A DNA stretch of 64,000 bases, from NCBI GenBank assembly GCA_021740625.1, contig JAIOZK010000008.1, positions 27,627-91,626 on the forward strand. The letters run 5' to 3'. The translations under genes and the position numbers were made by a program. This document shows, piece by piece, positions 30,419 to 42,067 of the stretch. The stretch's first letter is position 1, and each line of letters begins with the position of its first letter. The notes below the pieces were generated by a model, which had not been told where the DNA came from, did not search any database, and saw only the letters and a program-made list of their open reading frames with translations. The stretch is from Bacteroidales bacterium. GTDB lineage: Bacteria; Bacteroidota; Bacteroidia; Bacteroidales; JAIOZK01.

Positions 30419-31615
30419 TTGAACATGAAAAGCATAGACAATTATAATTTTGAAGGCAAGAAAGCAATCATACGTGTGGATTTTAACGTACCCCTGAATG
30501 ATGAATATAAGATCACCGATTCCACAAGGATTGATGCAGCCATCCCGACCATAAAAAAGATCCTGGAAAAGGGGGGTGCAGTAATATTGATGTCGCACCT
30601 GGGCCGTCCCAAATCAGGACCGGAAGAAAAGTTTTCACTCAAACATGTGATCCCTTATCTTTCCGAACAACTCGGGCAGGAAGTAAAATTTGCAAGCGAC
30701 TGCATTGGTGAAGAAGCTGAATCCATGACCTCAGCCCTGCAAAACGGTGAAGTCTTGCTGCTGGAAAACCTCCGTTTCCACAAAGAAGAAAAAGGCGGCG
30801 ATGAAGCATTTGCAAAAAAGCTGGCCGGCCTTGCAGATGTTTATGTGAACGATGCTTTTGGCACGGCACATCGTGCCCATGCATCCACGGCAGTGATCGC
30901 CCGTTTCTTCCCGGAAGAAAAGCTATTCGGCTATATCATGGAAAACGAGATCAAAAACATGGACAAGGTGCTGGAAGATCCCCGGAAGCCATTTACCGCA
31001 ATTTTAGGCGGCGCCAAGGTTTCCGGCAAAGTGGAAGTGATCGAGAACCTCATCGACAAAGTGGACAACCTCATCATCGGGGGCGGTATGATGTTTACCT
31101 TTATCAAGGCCCTGGGCGGCAATGTGGGAAAATCCCTGGTAGAAGAAGACCTGATCGACCTGGCCAACGAGGTCATTGCCAAGGCCCGAGAAAAAGACGT
31201 TACCCTCTATCTTCCCAAAGATACCATTGCAGCTTCGGAGTTCGACAATGATGCCGAAAGAAAGCAAACGCCTTCGCACAACATACCTGAGGGATGGATG
31301 GGGCTGGACATTGGTGAAGAAGCCATCAAGACTTTTTCGGAAGTGATCCGGGACTCCAAAACGATTCTATGGAACGGTCCCATGGGCGTATTTGAAAAAC
31401 CGAATTTTGCAAAAGGAACCAAAGCCATAGCCGAAGCCATTGCGGATGCCACAGAAAAAGGTGCCTATTCACTGGTAGGTGGAGGAGATTCGGTTGCGGC
31501 CATCAAACAAATGGGGCTGGCCGACAAAATCAGCTATGTTTCTACCGGCGGCGGTGCCATGCTGGAATATATCGAAGGCAAACAGCTGCCCGGGGTTGAG
31601 GCGATCAGGGGGTGA
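30419..31615 (+). CDS. pgk: Phosphoglycerate kinase
   Basis: [40 protein letters not shown]. Confidence 0.97.
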   Translation: MNMKSIDNYNFEGKKAIIRVDFNVPLNDEYKITDSTRIDAAIPTIKKILEKGGAVILMSHLGRPKSGPEEKFSLKHVIPYLSEQLGQEVKFASDCIGEEAESMTSALQNGEVLLLENLRFHKEEKGGDEAFAKKLAGLADVYVNDAFGTAHRAHASTAVIARFFPEEKLFGYIMENEIKNMDKVLEDPRKPFTAILGGAKVSGKVEVIENLIDKVDNLIIGGGMMFTFIKALGGNVGKSLVEEDLIDLANEVIAKAREKDVTLYLPKDTIAASEFDNDAERKQTPSHNIPEGWMGLDIGEEAIKTFSEVIRDSKTILWNGPMGVFEKPNFAKGTKAIAEAIADATEKGAYSLVGGGDSVAAIKQMGLADKISYVSTGGGAMLEYIEGKQLPGVEAIRG

Positions 31616-32053
31616 TGATAAATACACATCATGTGAACATAACACTTCATATTTGGCAATTACATTTATAAACGATTTAGAAAAAAGGGTTCAATGATTA
31701 ATTTCGTTGTTCTTTGCGACAAATTGGACGTATAAAAAAGAACAACTGAGCACAATTAACGATAGCGTGTGGAAGGTTAACAGCCACTACCAAAACGATT
31801 CAGGATTCTTGGTGTTTGGGTTCAACAAACCTTATATGGGTGAAGAAATTGTAACAAAAGAAGAATTGATCGGAATCGTAAAAAAATAGATTTGAGTAAA
31901 TTTGAATAAACGAAACAACTTTGTTCTGCTTTACGATAAGGCCAGGGCCCTATTTTAATGACCCCTTCACAATTTGATTTCCGCAGAAAAATACCTTATA
32001 TTTGTTTAATCTTAAGAGAGAACTATTCTCCTGTAAGTATAATTTTCCAAAAA

Positions 32054-32473
32054 ATGAACAGGGAAGAAATCGGAAATAAAATAAAGGAAAAGGGCCTGAA
32101 GATCACCCCACAAAGAATGGTGATTCTTGAAGCTATTTTCAAATTAAACAATCACCCAACGGCAGACAGTATCATCGACTATATCAAAAAAGAACATCCG
32201 GAAATTGCAACAGGTACTGTTTATAAAGTCCTGAATGTACTGGTGGAGCATGAGCTGATCAAAAGGGTGAAGACCGAAAAAGATATCATGAGATATGACG
32301 GCATTGTTGAAAAGCATCATCATTTGTACGATACAACATCAGATGTGATCAAAGACTTTTTTGATGATGAACTGGATGAAATCCTTAGAAAGTATTTTAA
32401 AAAAAAGAATATACCGGATTTCAGGATAGAAGATATTGTTCTTCATATAAAAGGGAGTTTCAGAAAAACATAA
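32054..32473 (+). CDS. Fur/PerR family transcriptional regulator
   Basis: KITPQR..IL, HPTA, ATGTVYK.L, RYD...HHHL; directly upstream of katG. Confidence 0.88.
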   Translation: MNREEIGNKIKEKGLKITPQRMVILEAIFKLNNHPTADSIIDYIKKEHPEIATGTVYKVLNVLVEHELIKRVKTEKDIMRYDGIVEKHHHLYDTTSDVIKDFFDDELDEILRKYFKKKNIPDFRIEDIVLHIKGSFRKT

Positions 32474-32496
32474 GTATAAACCAATAAAATGAATAA

Positions 32497-34707
<2,211 letters not shown>

Positions 34708-34781
34708 GTGCGAAAGAGAATAACTTTGCAAATTTAAATTTCAACACAAGCGGAGTTTTTTCTTAAGCTGTAATAAAAGGA

Positions 34782-34850
34782 TTTCACGCAGAGCCACCAA
34801 GTCGCAAAGAAATAACCTTAAAAACTGCGTCTTCGCACCTCTGCGTGAAA
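34782..34850. repeat. Inverted repeat with 8-nt periodicity (possible terminator role)
   Basis: tttcacgcagag (34782) / ctctgcgtgaaa (34839-34850) perfect 12-bp arms plus degenerate extensions. Confidence 0.7.
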
Positions 34851-35217
34851 AAATATTTGTGTGGATACGAATGGGGCCTGCTCGCCGGAAAATTCAATAA
34901 ATCACACACTTTCAGCAAATATTCGTATATTTGCATATTATTATTACTTTCAGTGAGCATAAATATCGTCACTACTTTATAATCCGGCTCGAACCGGGCA
35001 TTTGCAAAATGCCGGATCAACAAGGGTCGGCGCTTCCCGCATTATTTCCCTGAGGCATTTTGAAAACAAATGAACAGATCCATTTACAGCCCGGCTGTAT
35101 TGGAAATGCTGCAAAATGAATGCACAATTGCCTGCAAATTAAGAGAATTCGGAATGGATGAATGGTTTATGAAAATGACGTGATTGTCAGGAACCTAAGA
35201 TATATATTGAAAATGCA

Positions 35218-36039
35218 ATGAATAAAAAACCACTTATATTATTTAAGTATGGCGGAAACGCCATGACAAATGCATCTTTAAAAAAGGATGTGATCAGGAA
35301 GATCATTTCTCTGAAACAAAAAGGTTTTGATGTGATCATCTCGCATGGCGGTGGGCCCTACATCAAAAAGATACTTAAACAGACAGGTATTGAATCCGAA
35401 TTTATCGACGGACAGCGTGTAACCACACCTGAAGCTTTTGTATTCATTGAAATGGCGCTGAAAGGCCAGGTGAACAGCGATCTCGTCAATACGATCAACA
35501 CAAACGGCGGCAAAGCGGTGGGTTTGTCAGGAAAGGATGGTAAAACTGTTATCGCTGCAAAAAGAAAGCATAAAAGATATATGGACGGGAAGGAAGAACT
35601 GATCGACCTGGGACAGGTGGGCGATGTCGCCAGCGTGGACAGAACCCTGATCGATGCATTGCTTGAAAAAAACTTCATTCCTGTAATTGCCTGCATTGCC
35701 GCAGACGAAAAAGGCAACGGTTACAACATCAATGGCGATAACTTTGCCGGAACCCTCGCAGGAGCCCTGCAGGCAGATCAGTTCGTTATACTGACCGATG
35801 TGGATGGTTTGCTCCAAGACAAAGACAAGCCGGATACCATTATCAGGAGCCTGCACCTGGAGGAGATTAAAAAGCTTACATCTGATGGGACAATAAAGGG
35901 CGGTATGATCCCCAAAATGGAAGCCTGTGAAAATGCCATGCTCAAAGGAGCCTTATCCGCAAAGATCATCAACGGGACAAAACCCGAACAGATATTATCC
36001 ATAGAGGAAAACAAATTCGGAACATTGATCAAAAAATAA
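35218..36039 (+). CDS. argB: Acetylglutamate kinase
   Basis: KYGGNAM, HGGGP, GLSGKDG, NINGD, GGMIPKM. Confidence 0.93.
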   Translation: MNKKPLILFKYGGNAMTNASLKKDVIRKIISLKQKGFDVIISHGGGPYIKKILKQTGIESEFIDGQRVTTPEAFVFIEMALKGQVNSDLVNTINTNGGKAVGLSGKDGKTVIAAKRKHKRYMDGKEELIDLGQVGDVASVDRTLIDALLEKNFIPVIACIAADEKGNGYNINGDNFAGTLAGALQADQFVILTDVDGLLQDKDKPDTIIRSLHLEEIKKLTSDGTIKGGMIPKMEACENAMLKGALSAKIINGTKPEQILSIEENKFGTLIKK

Positions 36040-36051
36040 ATATCGTATACC

Positions 36052-37242
36052 ATGACAAATAAAGAAAATTCTGATTTAGATAAAAAGTACTATCTGCAAG
36101 CTTTTAAAAGATATCCCATCACACTTGCCCGCGGACAGGGCAGCCATGTTTGGGATGTTGAGGGGAATGAATACATCGATGCACTGGGTGGCATCGCTGT
36201 GAATGCCCTCGGTCATAATCATCCTGACCTTGTGAAATCCTTACAGGAACAGCTTTCCAGATTAATCCATGTCTCAAATTTCTATCTAAGCGAAGCACAG
36301 GTAAAACTCTCGGAAAAGCTTGTTCAGCTTTCAGCTTTGGAGCGGGTGTTTATCACCAACAGCGGCGCTGAGTCAGTTGAGGGGGCCATCAAAATTGCAC
36401 GCAAATATGCACACAGCATCGGCAGAGGCGGTGAGGTCATTTCCTTTACGGGAGCTTTCCACGGGCGCACCCTGGCCAGCCTTGCCGCCACGGGTAAAAA
36501 ACAAATGCAAAAAGGATTCGATCCAATGCCCGGTGGTTTTAAGCAAATTCCTTTTAACGATATTGAAGCTGCAAGAAATGCAATTTCAAAAGAAACAGCA
36601 GCTTTTATTATCGAACCCATACAGGGAGAAGGCGGTATTCATCTTGCAGATCGGGATTTCCTGCATGCATTGAGAAAGCTTTGCAATGAACACAACATTG
36701 TGCTTATTTTCGACGAGATACAATGCGGCATGGGACGAACGGGAAAGATGTTTGCCCACGAGCATACGGGTGTCAAACCCGATATCATGACCCTGGCAAA
36801 AGCACTGGGTGGAGGTGTTCCGATGGGGTCCATCCTGTCCAGCGAAAAGGTGAGTTCAGCCATCGATTTTGGGGATCACGGGACAACCTTCGGTGGGAAC
36901 CCACTGGCATGTACAGCCGGTCTGGCCACCCTGGAAGCAATTGAAAAGGAAGATCTTTTGAGCAGGGCGGGAAAAAAAGGAAACTGGCTTAAAAACAAAA
37001 TAAACACATTACAACTGCCAGGATTTAAAGAATTCAGGGGCAAAGGACTGATGATAGGAGTTGAATTTGAATTCGGCACAAAACCCCTGGTGGCGAAAAT
37101 GCTTGAAAAGGGAGTCCTGGTGAATTCTACGGCAGATACCGTATTGCGCATGCTGCCCGCGCTGAATATTCCGCAAGAAGACCTGGAAAAAGTAATTGAA
37201 GTATTGATTGAATCACTAAATGAACTGAAAACACATGACTAA
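36052..37242 (+). CDS. argD: Acetylornithine aminotransferase
   Basis: GGIAVN.LGH, NSGAES, FHGRT, EPIQGEGG, DEIQCG.GRTG, AKALGGG. Confidence 0.93.
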   Translation: MTNKENSDLDKKYYLQAFKRYPITLARGQGSHVWDVEGNEYIDALGGIAVNALGHNHPDLVKSLQEQLSRLIHVSNFYLSEAQVKLSEKLVQLSALERVFITNSGAESVEGAIKIARKYAHSIGRGGEVISFTGAFHGRTLASLAATGKKQMQKGFDPMPGGFKQIPFNDIEAARNAISKETAAFIIEPIQGEGGIHLADRDFLHALRKLCNEHNIVLIFDEIQCGMGRTGKMFAHEHTGVKPDIMTLAKALGGGVPMGSILSSEKVSSAIDFGDHGTTFGGNPLACTAGLATLEAIEKEDLLSRAGKKGNWLKNKINTLQLPGFKEFRGKGLMIGVEFEFGTKPLVAKMLEKGVLVNSTADTVLRMLPALNIPQEDLEKVIEVLIESLNELKTHD

Positions 37243-38272
37243 GAAAAAAATTGGAATTATCGGTGCAACAGGATATACGGGTTCCGAACTGGTCAGGATC
37301 CTGAAAAAACATCCTGAAGTTGACATAGAGATCATAACCTCTGAAAGCAGATCCGGGGAAAAGTTTTCGGAAGTACATCCTTTCTTTCAGGCCATAGAAG
37401 AACAAAAACTGAAATCTCTGGAAGAAATAGATCAATATGATCTTGACCTGGTTTTTCTGGCCCTGCCACATGGCGTTTCCATGAACTTCGTAAAAGAACA
37501 TGCCGGCAAAGATTTTAAGATCATTGATCTTTCGGGTGATTTCAGGATAAAACCCAAAGATGTATACGAAGAATGGTACAATACCGAGCATGTTTTCAGC
37601 CAGGGGATAGAGGATGCTGTATTTGGCAGTCCCGAGCTTTTCGCGGATAAAATCAAAACGGCCGGTCTTGTGGCCAACCCGGGTTGTTATCCCACCAGTG
37701 CGATCCTGGCATCAGCTCCTTTGCTGATGGCTGAATATGTGGATTCAAAATCTATTATCATCGATTCAAAATCGGGTGTAACAGGTGCAGGGATCAAGGC
37801 AAAGCCCACAAATCTTTATTCAAATGTGAATGATAACTTCAAGGCCTACGGATTAAAAACGCACAGGCACACCATCGAGATCCAGAACATCCTTGAAAAA
37901 GTAACAGGAAACAATGTGATGGTCCAGTTCACACCGCACCTGCTGCCGGTCGACCGGGGCATACTTTCCACAACTTATTTGCGTCCCCTGAAAAAAACGG
38001 ACGAAAATGAATTGATCAACATTTATAAAGAATTTTACGCGGATGCACCCTTTGTAAGGATCCGTGAATTCCCACCCGCAATCAAAGATGTGAAAGGGAC
38101 AAATTTTTGTGATATTAATATCAACCATGATCCGAGAACGAATATGATCATCATCATCAGTGTGATCGACAACCTTGTAAAAGGAGCAGCCGGGCAGGCT
38201 GTACAAAACATGAATCTCATGTTCGGTTGGGACGAAAAAACGGGATTGACCCAAATACCTGTCAACCCGTAA
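37235..38272 (+). CDS. argC: N-acetyl-gamma-glutamyl-phosphate reductase
   Basis: GATGYTG, LALPHG, DLSGDFR, ANPGCYPT, DNLVKGAAGQA.QNMN. Confidence 0.96.
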   Translation: MTKKKIGIIGATGYTGSELVRILKKHPEVDIEIITSESRSGEKFSEVHPFFQAIEEQKLKSLEEIDQYDLDLVFLALPHGVSMNFVKEHAGKDFKIIDLSGDFRIKPKDVYEEWYNTEHVFSQGIEDAVFGSPELFADKIKTAGLVANPGCYPTSAILASAPLLMAEYVDSKSIIIDSKSGVTGAGIKAKPTNLYSNVNDNFKAYGLKTHRHTIEIQNILEKVTGNNVMVQFTPHLLPVDRGILSTTYLRPLKKTDENELINIYKEFYADAPFVRIREFPPAIKDVKGTNFCDININHDPRTNMIIIISVIDNLVKGAAGQAVQNMNLMFGWDEKTGLTQIPVNP

Positions 38273-38307
38273 AATATTTTTCCAAATTTTAATAAACAGA
38301 AAGTAAT

Positions 38308-39519
38308 ATGATTAAGAATTTAACCAATGTTAGAGGAATCAAATGCTGGGGAGCACATACCGGCGTAAAATCTTTAAGAAGAGACCTGGCCATCATATAC
38401 TCGACTGTTCCGGCAAGTGCAGCAGCCGTCTTTACACAAAACCAGGTTGTGGCGGCTCCTGTTAGCCTGTCGAAAAAACACATCAAAAACGGCAAAGCAC
38501 AGGCCATTGTAATCAATGCAGGAAATGCCAATGCCGCCAATGGCGAACAGGGCATGCGCGGAGCGGAAGCAATGGCTGAAATCCTGGCCGGGGAACTGAA
38601 AATAGAAAAGGAAATGGTGCTGGTATCTTCAACCGGTGTGATCGGCGAACCCTTTCCAACCGAAGAAATCGTGCAGGGCATCAAGGAAAATGCGGGCAAA
38701 CTGACCACCAAATCCAATGCCGGTACTTTTGTGGCCAATGCCATCCTGACCACGGATACTTTTGCCAAAGAAGGTTTTGTGGAATTCGACCTGGAGGGTT
38801 ATGAAGTGAACATGGCCGGTATCGCAAAGGGATCCGGCATGATCCATCCCAATATGGCAACCATGCTTTCTTTTATTGTTACGGATGCGGCTATAGATCC
38901 CAAACTACTTCAAAAAACCGTAAAAGAAGTAGTTGATGTTACTTTCAATATGATCACGGTGGATGGTGATACTTCCACCAACGACATGGTGGCTGTGCTT
39001 GCCAACGGCAAAGCACAGAATGATGAGCTGAAAACAAAGGAAGACAAAGGTTATCGCGTGTTCAGGAAAAATCTGGAAGATATGATGATGCACCTGGCAC
39101 AACAGATCGTGTCGGATGGGGAAGGGGCCTCCAAATTCATCGAATACGAGGTGGTGAATGCAAAAAGTGTTAAAAAAGCAAGGACGATTCTCAGGTCTAT
39201 TTCAACCTCAACGCTTGTCAAAACAGCCATGTTCGGCCGGGATCCCAACTGGGGTAGGATCATCTCAGCAGCCGGGAATGCAGGCGTTCCCTTTAATTAC
39301 GAAAAGGTAGACCTGCACCTGGGTTCGGAAAGTAAAACGGCAATTATCCTGAAAGACGGCGTCCCGGTGGATGTGGACAAAAGTTACCTGAAGAAACTGC
39401 TTCGTGAGTCTCACATCCACATCAAACTGGATATGAAAGAAGGCAAAGCCAATGCAAAAGGCTGGGGTACGGATCTGACCACAGACTATGTGATGTTCAA
39501 TTCCATTTACACCACTTGA
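38308..39519 (+). CDS. argJ: Bifunctional ornithine acetyltransferase
   Basis: NAGNANA, STGVIG, TTDT, KGSGMIHPNMATML autocleavage site, DGDTSTND, DPNWGR. Confidence 0.95.
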   Translation: MIKNLTNVRGIKCWGAHTGVKSLRRDLAIIYSTVPASAAAVFTQNQVVAAPVSLSKKHIKNGKAQAIVINAGNANAANGEQGMRGAEAMAEILAGELKIEKEMVLVSSTGVIGEPFPTEEIVQGIKENAGKLTTKSNAGTFVANAILTTDTFAKEGFVEFDLEGYEVNMAGIAKGSGMIHPNMATMLSFIVTDAAIDPKLLQKTVKEVVDVTFNMITVDGDTSTNDMVAVLANGKAQNDELKTKEDKGYRVFRKNLEDMMMHLAQQIVSDGEGASKFIEYEVVNAKSVKKARTILRSISTSTLVKTAMFGRDPNWGRIISAAGNAGVPFNYEKVDLHLGSESKTAIILKDGVPVDVDKSYLKKLLRESHIHIKLDMKEGKANAKGWGTDLTTDYVMFNSIYTT

Positions 39520-39951
39520 TAATTTTTTCTTCCTGCCAATCTCTTTTATCTGATCTTTGCATCATTGGTTGATGAAGCATATTTATTCTTGTGTAATTTC
39601 CATAGATTACAAATTGAAATAAATATCTTCAATGTCATTTTTTATTAGTTTATTCTTTTGGCAATTCATCGTAGCCATATTCATTAAGTTTTATCAATGA
39701 GCCCAATAGAAAAAAGGCAAGACAGATCGTATTGGATTACCTGGAGCTGGATCAGAACAAATATGTCCTCATCTTTCTAAACCCCCGCCGGGCCAATATC
39801 CTGGAAACAGCTTGAAAGCGCATCTTTAAGGCGCTTCAGCTCATCAAAAAATATGGAAAGGATATTTTCCGTGATCATCCTCAGGATAAACAACCTGCCA
39901 GGGAAAAGAAAGACAAGGATGGACAGAATAAGAGAATTCAAGAGGAAATAG

Positions 39952-40500
39952 ATGCCTTCATTGAAGCTGCCGGCCAAAAAGCATGATATCAAAACCGAAG
40001 AGGAAGAATACCAGCTCTTCAGGGAGTACTACACCATTTTTTTCAGGAAAACAAAATATAAGGCAGATGATATGGAGGCACTTGCAGATGAACTTGCCAG
40101 GGACATCGTGTACAATGACGGGAAGTTCACATTCTTTGAAGATGTGGAAAGCACCCTTGAGAAACTTAAGGACCATTATAAATTGGGTATCGTTTCCGAT
40201 TCCTGGCCTCCCCTGAGGCGCGTTTACAAAAACAAAGGCCTACTGGATTTCTTTTCGTGTTTTGTGATCTCCTCCATGTATAACAGCAGGAAGCAAAAGT
40301 GAAAACTTTTTGAAATTGCGCTTGGCGAATTAAATGTAAAACCTCAGGCAGTGCTTTTCATCGATGACCTGGAGCATAATCTCAGGGCCGCAGAAAGATT
40401 GGGGATCGTGGCGGTTAAAATGGATAGATATAAGCGTCATAAATTCAGATCAAAGTATCCTGTCATTGCTTCATTAAGGGATTTAACCGTGAATGGATAA
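39952..40500 (+). pseudogene. HAD-family hydrolase pseudogene
   Basis: HAD motifs II (VSDSW) and IV (LFIDD) share one frame but are split by TGA at 40300-40302; motif I N-terminus missing. Confidence 0.7.
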
Positions 40501-40606
40501 TAAACAGTACATATAATTTTAATTTTTTTTAAGAAATAACCTTATGTATTCTGATAATAAGAGTTCGTGATTTTATGTTATTCAATAAATCCCAAATCAA
40601 ATTAAG

Positions 40607-41923
40607 ATGAACCAAAACATGCGCTCCTGGATACGAGAATCCATCACTTTCAAATTCATCATCATTTCCATCCTTGTTTTACTATTGCTTATCCCTACCG
40701 GGATGATACAATCCCTGATCAGAGAAAGACAACAAACAAGAAATGAAGTCATCGAAGAAGTAAGTTCAAAATGGGCTCATGACCAGTTATTGATCGGACC
40801 CATGATCAGCATTCCCTATTTCACAACTTATGTGGATGATGATAAGATCAGGAAATATAAGAAATTCGCACATTTCCTTCCGTCCGAATTAAAAATACAT
40901 GGGACAGTTAATCCACAAATCAGATATCGCAGTATATACGAGGTGATCGTTTATTCCTCGGAATTTAGTTTTTCAGGTTATTTTGATAAGCCTGATTTTT
41001 CCAAATGGAAGATCAATGAAGAAGATATTCTTTATGATGAAACCACTATTGTTTATGGACTTAGCGATATGCGGGGCATCAACAAAGTCATTAACATTGA
41101 TTTCAACGGTAGGTCCTACGAAACAGGTCCGGGTATTCCTTCAAAAGAGGTCTTCCAATCGGGGATCTCCGCAAATCTGGGAAAACTGGAAAAAGAAAAA
41201 AACGAATTCAGCTTCACAATAGATTTCAATGGAAGCCAGGAGTTGAGTTTTGTCCCAATGGGTAAAACTACAAATGTAAAGCTGAACTCCAGCTGGACGG
41301 ATCCCAGTTTTATGGGTGCCTTCCTGCCCGATAATAGAAACATTGACAAAGATGGATTTACAGCAGAATGGTTCATACTGGAGCTCAACAGAACTTATCC
41401 GCAAAAATGGCTCGGTGATGCATACAATGTTACCGATTCAGCATTCGGAGTTGAATTCCTGTTTGGTGTCGACATATATCATAAAGCCGAAAGATCAGCA
41501 AAATATGCAGTCATGTTCCTGGCCTTGACCTTTCTTATTTTTATCATGTCTGAGATCATCAATAAAAAAAGAATACATCCGATCCAATACCTGCTTATCG
41601 GGATTGCACTTTCGGTTTTTTACGTTTTGCTGATCTCCCTGGCAGAGCAAATTGGTTTTACCTGGGCATACCTGATTGCGAGTATTGCCAACATTACACT
41701 TATCACTGCCTATACTGCCAGTATATTGAATAAGAAGAAAATAACTTTTTTTGTTGCACTGGCATTGGTCATCTTATACTCATTCCTTTTTACGATATTG
41801 CAGTTACAAGATTACGCACTTTTGATGGGCAGTATCGGATTGTTCATTGTTGTGGCCATAACCATGTACCTATCGCGCAAAATAGACTGGTATGGTACAA
41901 TCGATCAGGGGGATAATCCTTAA
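40607..41923 (+). CDS. creD: Inner membrane protein CreD
   Basis: LLLLIP...LIRERQ, YRSIYEVIVY, KYAVMFLALTF, IHPIQYLLIG, SRKIDWY. Confidence 0.92.
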   Translation: MNQNMRSWIRESITFKFIIISILVLLLLIPTGMIQSLIRERQQTRNEVIEEVSSKWAHDQLLIGPMISIPYFTTYVDDDKIRKYKKFAHFLPSELKIHGTVNPQIRYRSIYEVIVYSSEFSFSGYFDKPDFSKWKINEEDILYDETTIVYGLSDMRGINKVINIDFNGRSYETGPGIPSKEVFQSGISANLGKLEKEKNEFSFTIDFNGSQELSFVPMGKTTNVKLNSSWTDPSFMGAFLPDNRNIDKDGFTAEWFILELNRTYPQKWLGDAYNVTDSAFGVEFLFGVDIYHKAERSAKYAVMFLALTFLIFIMSEIINKKRIHPIQYLLIGIALSVFYVLLISLAEQIGFTWAYLIASIANITLITAYTASILNKKKITFFVALALVILYSFLFTILQLQDYALLMGSIGLFIVVAITMYLSRKIDWYGTIDQGDNP

Positions 41924-42067
41924 AAATCCTTAAAAAACACAATAGTTTTCATCAGGAACCAGTTATTCAATTAATCGCTTCACCTGAAAACGAACAAAAT
42001 CAATGCGGATGAATTAAAATTACGTTTCGATCATTCAACAGATTTGCTAACTTAATTTTAATTCATC

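Noticed and set aside
31707-31889. 60-aa ORF between pgk and the Fur-family gene
   Set aside because: TTG start, no recognisable domain; may be a gene remnant but unsupported
34984-35040. Resemblance to a guanidine-III (ykkC-III) riboswitch (CCGG...ACAAG...CGGCGC)
   Set aside because: The upstream GCGCCG pairing partner and CGAGG core are absent, so the pseudoknot cannot form
40290-40310. Selenocysteine or TGA recoding in the HAD gene
   Set aside because: Position is not a Cys-equivalent site, no SECIS-like hairpin recognised, and TGA is a normal stop in other genes here
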